In this document: in pieces, positions 1 through 12,000 of the stretch
Layout of the letters: each line of letters opens with the position of its first letter
How positions within the stretch are numbered: the first letter of the stretch is position 1
Assembly (NCBI GenBank): GCA_002269645.1
Contig: NIVC01002011.1
Span: 1 to 64,000, forward strand
DNA from: Macrostomum lignano
Taxonomy: Eukaryota
Direction of reading: 5' to 3'
DNA: 64,000 nucleotides
Position numbers and translations under genes: made by a program
The notes under the pieces: generated by a model
What the model was told of the DNA's origin: nothing
Database searches by the model: none
Seen by the model: only the letters and a program-made list of their open reading frames with translations

Positions 1-3000
1 AAGAAATGCACGGCCAGAATGTCCGAGAAACAGCAGCACCTCCAGCACCAGGAGCGAGCCGGCCAGAATGGCGAATGCCATGCCTACTGTCAGCATGGGC
101 AGTAGTATCTGCGGGATGAGAAAGAGATTATTTGGGGTGAGAAGGGCGATTATTGGGGTGAGAAGGGCGATTATTTGGGGTGAGAAGGGCATTATTTGGG
201 TGAGAAGGGCGATTATTTGGGGTGAGAAGGAAGCGATTACTCGGGCCAGTTTACTAGCAGTACAAACCCACCTTGATCAGCATCAGAAAGCCCATATGGT
301 GAAGGGGCTGAACACAGTGATGAAGCAGTACACAGAGGATGTATCAAATCTGAAACAACGAAGGAGATGTCAATGAAGTTTAAACACTGATTTGTGAGAT
401 AAGCAAAAAAACCAATAAGAGAGGTCGCTACGAGTTGATGCTGGCAATGTTGCCTGTGCAAAAAATGACAACAGCACAGGAATACCTGATCCCTGACAGA
501 GTTAAGGAAAACTGCGTGGCAATTTATGTTGACAAAGACCTTCAAAGTTGAGTACCCGTATGAAAGTGGGACTGTCACATTTTTTGGTGACAGTCGAAAT
601 TGTGACACTGCTTGTCACGCTTGTGACAGTCAGTTATTAATGTGACCGTCGATGTGACACTCAAATGTGACACTCAAATAAACTGTCACAGCGCTGTGAC
701 CGTCCATGTGACAGTGAAGTACTGTCACCGCTGTGACCGTCTATGTGACACTCAAATACTGTCACCGCTGTGACCGTCGATCTGACACTCAAATGTGACA
801 CTCAAAGAAATGTTACCAGTGTGACCGTCGATGTGACACTCAAATTGACACTCGAAGAAACTGTCACCAGTGTGACAGTCGAGTGACACTCAAATGTGAC
901 ACTCAGAAAAACTGTCACCAGTGTGACTGTCGATGTGACACTCAAAATGTGACACTCGAAGAAACTGTCACCAAGTGTGACAGTCGATTGTGACACTCAA
1001 ATGTGACACTCAGAAAAACTGTTACAGTGTGACCGTCCATGTGACTCGTGTGTTTAGTTGTTTTGAGCAATGTAAAAAACTAACAATTTAGGTAGAGTAA
1101 TATTTGATGCATCATTTTTCTATCAAAGGTGGTATGGTTATTAGACATGTTAATTACGTGCCTCAAATTCCGTGCATAATCATCAAGTCAAATAAGTATT
1201 TCCACGTGTATTGTTTACACATCTGCAATACAATCCACTTATCCAGTCAAGCACGTACATGCACGATATTTCAGGAGCAACTAATAAATCAATCATAATC
1301 ACTGGTTCACTGGCATCCCGCTTAGGAAACAATGTTGTACAACTTGGGTTCACATGACAACACATTGACTGTCACACATGAGACAATGAGACAGTTTTCG
1401 ACTGTCACATGAGTGTCACATCGACGGTCACACTGGTGACAGTTTCTTCGAGTGTCACATTTGGTGTCACAATGAAGGGTCACATGTGATACAGTCATTT
1501 GAGTGTCACAGAACTGTCACATAGTCAAAATGTGACAGTGCCACTTTATACGGGGTATCCATGATACACAAACAAAGACCTGAAAGTCAGTGTCAATATA
1601 GATAATCCTAACAAAGACCTGAAAGTTAGAGGTTAATAATCCACTAGCAAAGACCTAAGACTTAGGCAGGAATTCAATTACAAAGACCTGAGGGTCAGGG
1701 TCAATAACCCACCAACAAAAGACCTGAGGGTCAGGGGTCAATAACCCACCAACAAAGACCTGAGGGTCAGGGTTAATAACCCACTAACAAAGACCTGAGA
1801 GCCAGGGTCAAAACACCATTAGCAAAGACCTGAGAGTAAACGACCAGGGAATGACACCAAATATAACGGCAAGGATACAAGCAGAGGTTCTGCCGCAGTC
1901 CGCCGCCCAGAGTCCGCAGTCCTCGCTCAACCGCCAGCCGCTCTTTTCCCAGCTTTGCGTCCGCCTCATCGGCGCTACAGTCTCCGTCACTGCGTCCGCC
2001 AGCGTCATCAGCAGCAGGCATTCAATCCGCGTCCAGGCCTCCAGGAACACGGCCAGGGTCAGCAGGAACAGGCCCTCGTAGCTGATGCACATCAGTCCGT
2101 ACACAGGCAGCAGCAGGGCTACGGAAGGTGCCAGGCCGGAGTACCCAGTCGCTGATTGGCTGACAGACACCCGGCGAGAGTTGGTCCAGCCAATCAGAGG
2201 GAAGACAGCTGCTAGTAGGCCCAGCTGGCGGCCTGCAGAACAAGCGGCTTGTCCCGGCCGTGGTACACGGTGTGGGTGCTCACCGACATCAGGCCGGCCA
2301 GGAGGCACTGTGCGGCCTGCGGCGACCGGGGTGCGCCACTTTGATGCACTTTTGCAATCATTTGTATGTTCCGGCCTTCTTTTGGCCGTCTGCTTCCTTA
2401 CACGCTACCTTGCTCTCGCCTAACATGCAGTGTCCTCTTTCCACCTTCCATCATTCTCGCATCTTCCTCATTCTCACATCCCTCATTCTCTCATCTCCAT
2501 CACTCTCATCTCCCTCATTCTCATCTCCATCACTCTCATCTCCCTCATTCTCGCATCTCCCTCTCTCATACAGACCCCTCCATCTCACAGCACTCACAGA
2601 CAGAGGTACAATCAGCTTGGCGTCCGGCTCAGATCTGAGGTAGGCAACAGAGTAGGCCGCTGCAGCAGCAGTGTTCACGGCTCTGCAAAGGCAAAAGGCA
2701 AAAGAGTTTAGTTAGATACACAAAAAATCTATAATCCAGTAGTCTATAGCAAGTTTAACAAATAAATTCGAGGATCTGGACTTTAAATTGGCATCATCCC
2801 AAAATCCCACAGCAGGCCCAATCCCAGCACCGGGAATCACACAGCAGACCCAATTGCAGCACTGGGAGTCACACAGCAGACCCAATTGCAGCACTGGGAG
2901 TCACACAGCAGACCCAATCCCAGCACCGGGGATCACACAGCAGACCCAATCCAGCACCGGGAGTCACACAGCAGACCCAATCCCAGCACCGGGGATCACA

Positions 3001-6000
3001 CAGCAGACCCAATCCCAGCAGCGGGGATCACACAGCAGACCCAATCCCAACATCGGGGATCACACAGCAGACCCAATCCCAGCACCGGGATCACACAGCA
3101 GACCCAATCCCAACATCGGGGATCACACAGCAGACCCAATCCCAGCACGCGGGATCACACAGCAGACCCAATCCCAGCACGGGAGTCACACAGCAGACCC
3201 AATCCCAGCACCGGGGATCACACAGCAGACCCAATCCCAGCAGCGGGATCACACAGCAGACCCAATCCCAACATCGGGGATCACACAGCAGACCCAATCC
3301 CAGCACCGGGGATCACACAGCAGACCCAATCCCAACATCGGGGATCACACAGCAGACCCAATCCAGCACGGGATCACACAGCAGACCCAATCCCAGCAGC
3401 GGAGCTCACAGCAGCAGGGGGTGAACCACTCCGCCAACGACAGGCAGCAGCGGGAAGGCGCACAGGGCCAGGCAGGACGCGAAGAACCTGGCCACAACTG
3501 GCCGATGCTGGCGCAGGCGCGGGCGCCTCCACAGCAGGCGGGCATAGTTGGCGCCGAGCCAGAACACGCCAGCCGAAAGCATCAGGCGGCTGGTGAAGCT
3601 GAGCGCGCACAGCTCCAGGCCAACGATGATGAAGGCCAGGTCGCAGACGAAGCCCAACGGAGTGCGGCGGCCGGTCAGGGCACCCGGCGGGCAGGGCGCG
3701 CCAGCAGGCCAGCAGGAAGCCGGACTCTGACAGCAGGCACAGAGCCAGGCAGTGCGGTGTCAGACAGTACAGGTAGTGCAGGGGCGGCCGGCTGCCCACT
3801 GGAGCGAACAATGGAAGTTAGGTGAGCGGGTTGTGATTGGCTGGCACGAGAAGCGTTTATCGTCATTTAGGAGACCCATCTAAAACTCACGTGGTCTATC
3901 TCACCCGGAGTCATTCTCCCCTCGTCTTAATCTCAGTCAATCTCATCCTGACTCAATCTCACTCTGACTCAATCTCACCCTGACTCAATCTCACTCTGAC
4001 TCAATCTCACCCTGACTCAATCCCACCCTGACTCAATCTCACTCTGACTCAATCTCACCCTGACTCAATCTCACTCTGACTCAATCTCACCCTGACTCAA
4101 TCTCACCCTGACTCAATCTCACCCTGACTCAATCTCACCCTGACTCAATCCCACCCTGACTCAATCTCACCCTGACTCAATCTCACCCCGACTCAATCTC
4201 ACACTGACTCAATCTGACACTGACTCAATCCCACCCTGACTCAATCTCACCCTGACTCAATCTCACTCTGACTCAATCTCACCCTGACTCAATCTCACTC
4301 TGACTCAATCCCACCCTGACTCAATCTCACCCTGACTCAATCTCACCCCGACTCAATCTCACACTGACTCAATCTGACACTGACTCAATCCCACCCTGAC
4401 TCAATCTCACCCTGACTCAATCTCACTCTGACTCAATCTCACCCTGACTCAATCTCACTCTGACTCAATCCCACCCTGACTCAATCTCACCCTGACTCAA
4501 TCTCACCCCGACTCAATCTCACACTGACTCAATCTGACACTGACTCAATCCCACCGTGACTCAATCTCACCCTGACTCAATCCCACCCTGACTCAATCTC
4601 ACTCTGACTCAATCTCACCCTGACTCAATCTCACCCTGACTCAATTTCACCCTGACTCAATCTCACCTTGACTCAATCTCACCCTGACTCAATCTCAATC
4701 AGTCCCGATCCCACTGCCTGTCCCCCGCACGCACCGTACAGCAGGCAGCAGTGCAGGCCGGCCAAGGCTGCCAAAGCTCCACAACAGAGGCGACGCGCGG
4801 CTCGGCCAGTCCGGCCGATTTTTGTCCGGCCAAGCCGGGCAGATGAGCTTTGCCGATTTGTACGGCAACGAAAATTATCCACAGTGCAAAGGAGAGCAGG
4901 ATGTAGAATCTGATGGCAATGGGTGGCGAGTGTTTGAGCTGACTGTAATGTGTTTGAGCTGGCTGTAATGTGCTTGAGCTGACTGTAATGTGTCTGACCT
5001 GACTGTAATGTGTCTGAGCTGACTGTAATGTGTTTGAGCTGACTGTAATGTGTTTGAGCTGACTGTAATGTGTTTGAGCTGGCTGTAATGTATCTGAGCT
5101 GACTGTAATGTGTCTGAGCTGACTGTAATGTGTTTGAGCTGACTGTAATGTGTCTGAGCTGACTGTAATGTGTCTGAGCTGACTGTAATGTGTTTGAGCT
5201 GACTGTAATGTGTTTGAGCTGACTGTAATGTGTTTGAGCTGACTGTAATGTGTTTGAGCTGACTGTAATGTGTCTGAGCTGACTGTAATGTGTCTGAGCT
5301 GACTGTAATGTGTCTGAGCTGACTGTAATGTGTTTGAGCTGGCTGTAATGTGTCTGAGCTGACTGTAATGTGTTTGAGCTGACTGTAATGTGTTTGAGCT
5401 GACTGTAATGTGTCTGAGTTGACTGTAATGTGTTTGAGCTGACTGTAATGTGTCTGAGCTGACTGTAATGTGTTTGAGCTGACTGTAATGTGTTTGAGCT
5501 GACTGTAATGTGTCTGAGCTGACTGTAATGTGTCTGAGCTGACTGTAATGTGTCTGAGCTGACTGTAATGTGTTTGAGCTGACTGTAATGTGTCTGAGTT
5601 GACTGTAATGTGTTTGAGCTGACTGTAATGTGTCTGAGCTGACTGTAATGTGTTTGAGCTGACTGTAATGTGTTTGAGCTGACTGTAATGTGTTTGAGCT
5701 GACTGTAATGTGTTTGAGCTGACTGTAATGTGTCTGAGCTGACTGTAATGTGTCTGAGCTGACTGTAATGTGTCTGAGCTGACTGTAATGTGTTTGAGCT
5801 GACTGTAATGTGTCTGAGTTGACTGTAATGTGTTTGAGCTGACTGTAATGTGTCTGAGCTGACTGTAATGTGTTTGAGCTGACTGTAATGTGTTTGAGCT
5901 GACTGTAATGTGTTTGAGCTGACTGTAATGTGTTTGAGCTGACTGTAATGTGTCTGAGCTGACTGTAATGTGTCTGAGCTGACTGTAATGTGTTTGAGCT

Positions 6001-9000
6001 GACTGTAATGTGTCTGAGCTGACTGTAATGTGTCTGAGCTGACTGTAATGTGTCTGAGCTGACTGTAATGTGTCTGAGCTGACTGTAATGTGTTTGAGCT
6101 GACTGTAATGTGTCTGAGCTGACTGTAATGTGTCTGAGCTGACTGTAATGTGTCTGAGCTGACTGTAATGTGTCTGAGCTGACTGTAATGTGTTTGAGCT
6201 GACTGTAATGTGTCTGAGCTGACTGTAATGTGTCTGAGCTGACTGTAATGTGTTTGAGCTGACTGTAATGTGTTTGAGCTCACCCCAGGTAGGCGCGGTC
6301 ATATTTGTGATAGTAGCGCATGCCTCCAACGCACAGCCGGCCCAGAGTCGTCAGCCGGTTTATCTGGCGGGCACAGGGGGAGCAAAACTCAGGCAAGTAA
6401 TTTAATTAAGGGGCGGAGAAAAAGACGAAAATGACTTTATCGAATTCTACCTGGGGTCAGTTCAGGTGACATAGGAAACTGTATCTAGCTCAGAAATAGC
6501 TTTAAAGCGTCCATGTAAGGCTATTAGGGCTAAACCACGGCCTAAAGAGAAGAAAGACTAATATCAAGATTGCTCCCCCCAGGCTTAGATTCTTATCCAT
6601 TTAATATTCATAATTGAAAGTCAAGCACGGGCGCTGAGTATCTGAACTTCGGTCAGCTTGAAATGTAAAAACATCTTGTAAAATTGACAATGCTCTACTG
6701 ACTAAGTAGAAAGAGAAGATTTATTTAAATATCACAATTTAAGGGCACTCATAATGATGGATAATTGATCTGATAAAATAATAATTTTGACATACGTACT
6801 TTGCATATCCCACCCTTCCCAGCGTCACTCCTTCCTTCCCAGCGTCACTCCTTCCTTCCCAGCGTCACTCCTTCCTTCCCAGCGTCACTCCTTCCTTCCC
6901 AGCGTCACTCCTTCCTTCCCAGCGTCACTCCTTCCTTCCCAGCGTCACTCCTTCCTTCCCAGCGTCACTCCTTCCTTCCCAGCGTCACTCCTTCCTTCCC
7001 AGCGTCACTCCTTCCTTCCCAGCGTCACTCCTTCCTTCCCAGCGTCACTCCTTCCTTCCCAGCGTCACTCCTTCCTTCCCAGCGTCACTCCTTCCTTCCC
7101 AGCGTCACTCCTTCCTTCCCAGCGTCACTCCTTCCTTCCCAGCGTCACTCCATAACTCCAACCAAAGTCCAACCCATCCCTCCAAAGTCCAACACATCCC
7201 ACCAAAGCCCAACCCATCCCACCAAAGCCCAACCCATCCCACCAAAGTCCAACCCATCCCACCAAAGCCCAACCCATCCCACCAAAGCCCAACCCATCCC
7301 ACCAAAGTCCAACCCATCCCTCCAAAGTCCAACACATCCCACCAAAGCCCAACCCATCCCACCAAAGCCCAACCCATCCCACCAAAGTCCAACCCATCCC
7401 ACCAAAGCCCAACCCATCCCACCAAAGTCCAACCCATCCAACCAAAGCCCAACCCACTCACCGCCACCCGCAAGTCGCCAGCCCTGGCGGCGGCAGCGGC
7501 CATCGCCAGCTCGCTGTCCGGCCCGGCATCGCCAGGCAGGTCGGGAAATTCGGCAAAGCCGGGCAAAATCCTGGTCTCGAAGGCTTCCCGGCGCTTCGTT
7601 AAAAAGCCCGCAGCCAGCTGTCGGACGTTTCGCTCCAGTTGCCAGGCATTTCGGCTGGCCGGACCGCTGAGAATCTCAACTGGGAGCAGGCCCTGGTGTG
7701 AGCAGTTGGGGATTCCGGTTTGAGCGATTGGGGATTCCGGTTTGAGCAGTTGGGGATTCCGGTTTGAGCAGTTGGGGATTCCGGTTTGAGCTGTTGGGGA
7801 TTACGGTTTGAGCGATTGGGGATTCCGGTTTGAGCGATTGGGGATTCCGGTGTGAGCAGTTGGGGATTTCGGTGTGAGCAGTTGGGGATTCTGGTTTGAG
7901 CAGTTGGGGATTCCGGTGTGAGCAATTGGGGATTCCGGTTTGAGCGATTGGGGATTCCGGTTTGAGCAATTGGGGATTCCGGTTTGAGCAATTGGGGATT
8001 CCGGTTTGAGCAATTGGGGATTCTGGTTTGAGCAACTGGGGATTCCGGTTTGAGCAATTAGGGATTCCGGTATGAGCAATTGGGGGTTCCGGTTTGAGCA
8101 ATTGGGGATTCTGGTTTGAGCAATTAGGGATTCCGGTGTGAGCAATTGGGGGTTCCGGTTTGAGCAATTGGGGATTCTGGTTTGAGCAATTAGGGATTCC
8201 GTTGTGAGCAATTGGGGGTTCCGGGTTTTCCCGGAAATTTTGCCTATTCTGTAATGAATCCGGATTTTGTTCATGATCCGGGCTTACATACTTTTTTGTT
8301 CCGGAACTGAGAGCCGGATCAGCAAAATATGTTCCGGGCGAAAATACCGGATCGGGGAACACTGATTTCCGGGACTTTGACCCGGAAAAGAACCAAGTGT
8401 TCCGGGTGAATTTCACGGATTAGGGTTCGATCTGGGTCAGTTTCCGGGCGAATCGTACAGATTAGTGTCTGGATCCGGGTCACCAATTAAAAGGAAAGAA
8501 ATTTTTGCAATAAGCGGCTTGAATTCTAGCATTCCTTAAGGCAGAAGCCAAAGTTTTTATTGGCGCAAAAAGTACAAACCTTTTCGTCAATCTAAGAGCA
8601 TCAATGAAGCTAGCAGAATGTCCATATCAATCTTATCCCGGTATACCGGTTTAATTTATGCAATAGTTATTTATCCATCGCAGGTCAGCTTAGCAGCTGC
8701 CTTGAGCCACAACAGAAGCGAGGATTGATTATCCATCGCAGGTCAGCATAGCAGCTGCCTTGAGCCACAACAGAAGCGAGGATTGATTATCCATCGCAGG
8801 TCAGCATATCAGCTGCCTTGAGCCACAACAGAAGCGAGGATTGATTATCCATCGTAGGTCAGCATAGCAGCTGCCTTGAGCCACAACAGAAGCGAGGATT
8901 GATTATCCATCGCAGGTCAGCTTAGCAGCTGCCTTGAGCCACAACAGAAGCGAGGATTGATTATCCATCGCAGGTCAGCATAGCAGCTGCCTTGAGCCAC

Positions 9001-12000
9001 AACAGAAGCGAGGATTGATTATCCATCGCAGGTCAGCATAGCAGCTGCCTTGAGCCACAACAGAAGCGAGGATTGATTATCCATCGCAGGTCAGCATAGC
9101 AGCTGCCTTGAGCCACAACAGAAGCGAGGATTGATTATCCATCGCAGGTAAACATAGCCTTAGACAAACCAATGGAGCATGTACCGACATAATTCGGATC
9201 TTAATAGGAAAGCTGCTTTAAATACTGGGCCAGTTAGAGCTATTTGGAACCATGCCACAGTCTCAGTCTAGACACCCAGCTGTGCCAAACAATATGGTTG
9301 GCTAATTTATGCTTTTGATCGTCAAATATGACAATAGAAACATTCAGCCCGTTGACACACTAAGCAGCTGTGACAGACTACATGCCAGTGGAAGTCAAAC
9401 CTCTCGCACACAATCAGGGCGCAACATTTTTTCAATTGTCACCTGTACGGAGGATGGGCTCAGCCTCACATTATGGACACTACAGTGCCTCCGAAAAGCA
9501 GATCAATTGCCAATTCTACTCTCATCATACTGAGGCTTTATTACCCCTCAGAATATTTCCAAGAGGAAATCGCGCGGCTGACCAAACGGATGCCAGGGAT
9601 TGCCTGATGGGATAACCATTTGCTGGGGTCTGTATTCAGCGGTTTTCCATCGGAGGCTTCCTCTAAATATCCCCATGGTAGTGGATATATTCCCTTTTTT
9701 CCAATTTCCAGACTCACCTGATTCGGGAAAGATACGGGAGTTGACCCGGAACAAGCTCTGATATGGGTGAAATTTTCCGGGAAATCCACCCAGATCATCT
9801 GTTCTTCCTCCGGATCAGGCTTTGTTCCGGGGTATGTAATATTCCGGATCAGAACCCCGGAAAAAATGATGATCCGGGTCCAATTCTGCTGATCCGGGTC
9901 TCAACCCGGAGTTTTTGTTGTTTCCGGGTGAATTTTTTTGACGGGCAGGAAGGGGACAGGTTGGAGGTCACAGGAGACAGGTTGGGTCACAGGAGACAGG
10001 TTGGGTCACAGGAGACAGGTTGGGTCACAGGAGACAGGTTGGGTCACAGGAGACAGGTTGGGTCACAGAAGACAGGTTGGGTCACAGGAGACAGATTGGG
10101 TCACAGGAGACAGGTTGGGTCACAGGAGACAGATTGGGTCACAGGACACAGGTTGGGTCACAGGAGACAGGTTGGGTCACAGGAGACAGGTTGGGTCACA
10201 GGAGACAGGTTGGGTCACAGGAGACAGGTTGGGTCACAGGAGACAGGTTGGGTCACAGGAGACAGGTTGGGTCACAGGAGACAGGTTGGGTCACAGGAGA
10301 CAGGTTGGGTCACAGGAGACAGGTTGGGTCACAGAAGACAGGTTGGGTCACAGGAGACAGGTTGGGTCACAGGAGACAGATTGGGTCACAGGAGACAGAT
10401 TGGGTCACAGGAGACAGGTTGGGTCACAGGAGACAGATTGGGTCACAGGACACAGGTTGGGTCACAGGAGACAGGTTGGGTCACAGGAGACAGGTTGGGT
10501 CACAGGAGACAGGTTGGGTCACAGGAGACAGGTTGGGTCACAGGAGACAGATTGGGTCACAGGAGACAGGTTGGGTCACAGGAAGGACACAGGTTGGGTC
10601 ACAGGAAGGGCACAGGTTGGGTCACAGGAGACAGGTTGGGTCACAGGAGACAGGTTGGGTCACAGGAGACAGATTGGGTCACAGGAGACAGGTTGGGTCA
10701 CAGGAAGGACACAGGTTGGGTCACAGGAAGGGCACAGGTTGGGTCACAGGAGACAGGTTGGGTCACAGGAGACAGGTTGGGTCACAGGAGACAGGTTGGG
10801 TCACAGGAGACAGATTGGGTCACAGGAGACAGGTTGGGTCACAGGAAGGACACAGGTTGGGTCACAGGAGACAGTTTGGGTCACAGGAGACAGATTGGGT
10901 CACAGGAGACAGGTTGGGTCACAGGAAGGACACATGTTGGGTCACAGGAAGGGCACAGGTTGGGTCACAGGAAGGGCACAGGTTGGGTCACAGGAAGGAC
11001 ACAGGTTGGGTCACAGGAAGGACACAGGTTGAGGGTCACAGGAAGGGCACAGGTTGGGTCGCAGGAAGGGCACAGGTTGGGTCACAGGAAGCCTCACCAC
11101 ATTGTTAACGGGCACGCTGACGTTAATTAAGGCGGCCATGAGCGGGCACAGGTCGGCCTGGCCAATGTCCCAGCCGGGGGAGCCCGCACCATCGGCGTAC
11201 TTGGCAGAGGCTGGCGGCGCCGGAGACTCCGGCGACAGCTGTTGCTGCTGTCGAGGCCCGCGGATCCCGGCGCCCCAGGCCACAAAGGGAGTCTCGGTCT
11301 CCTCCGTCAGGCCGGACCCGTGCGAGCCCCAGTCGGTCATGCCGTGGTCAGAGGTGAAGAGGAAGGCTGTCCGGTTGTCCGGGAAAACCCGGGACACCAG
11401 AGCGGAGATGCGAGCCACGCCGCTGTCAACGAACTGCTGATTCAGCAGGCAGTCCCTGCGACGCGGAGGGGCGGAGTTGGCAATGCCAGTGTCCAGTTTT
11501 AGGGGTCTGGGTGAGTCAGAGAATTATTGACCAAATCGGGGGGTCAATGACCTCTGTGACGTCTTACAGTCGGATCAGGGGTCAATGACCTCTGTGACGC
11601 CTTACATTTGGGTCAGGGGTCAATGACCTCTGTGACGTCTTATAGTTGGGTCAGGGTTCAATGACCTCTGTGACGTCTTATAGTTGGGTCAGTAGGTCAG
11701 TGACGTCTAGCTTTTAAAGCCTTACAATGACCTCTGACACGCTTTCAGTGAGATACTAAGCGATTGTGGGAAGTAATCAACACACAGAAGTAACACACCT
11801 GGAGTGCGGCTTCAGCGAATGCCCGCAGGTGTCCATGCCTAGCAGGTGCAGGAACAGCACAATGCCTACCGACTGCAGCTCCCTGCGGCTACCGTTGGTT
11901 GCGTGAGCGAGGAGAAACTCCTGGAAAGTTTTTCATAGAACTAGCTCACGTTTCTTAGAAAGAAGAATATCCCAAACAGCACTGGAGAAGCTAGATGCCT

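Larger units (their letters stand above)
486..1878 (-). other. U12-type (minor spliceosome) GT-AG intron of PIGN
   Basis: 5' splice site GTATCCTT at 1878-1871. Branch site TTTTCCTTAAC at 511-501. Acceptor CAG at 488-486. The flanking exons join to give the conserved ...DCGRT|VFL...TGNIASINS region. Confidence 0.85.

Noticed and set aside
9541-9798. Minus-strand ORF with [10 protein letters not shown], resembling PIGN GILPVDYL
   Set aside because: The exon at 7462-7692 (GLLPVEIL...) fits in phase and by homology, so this segment is intronic
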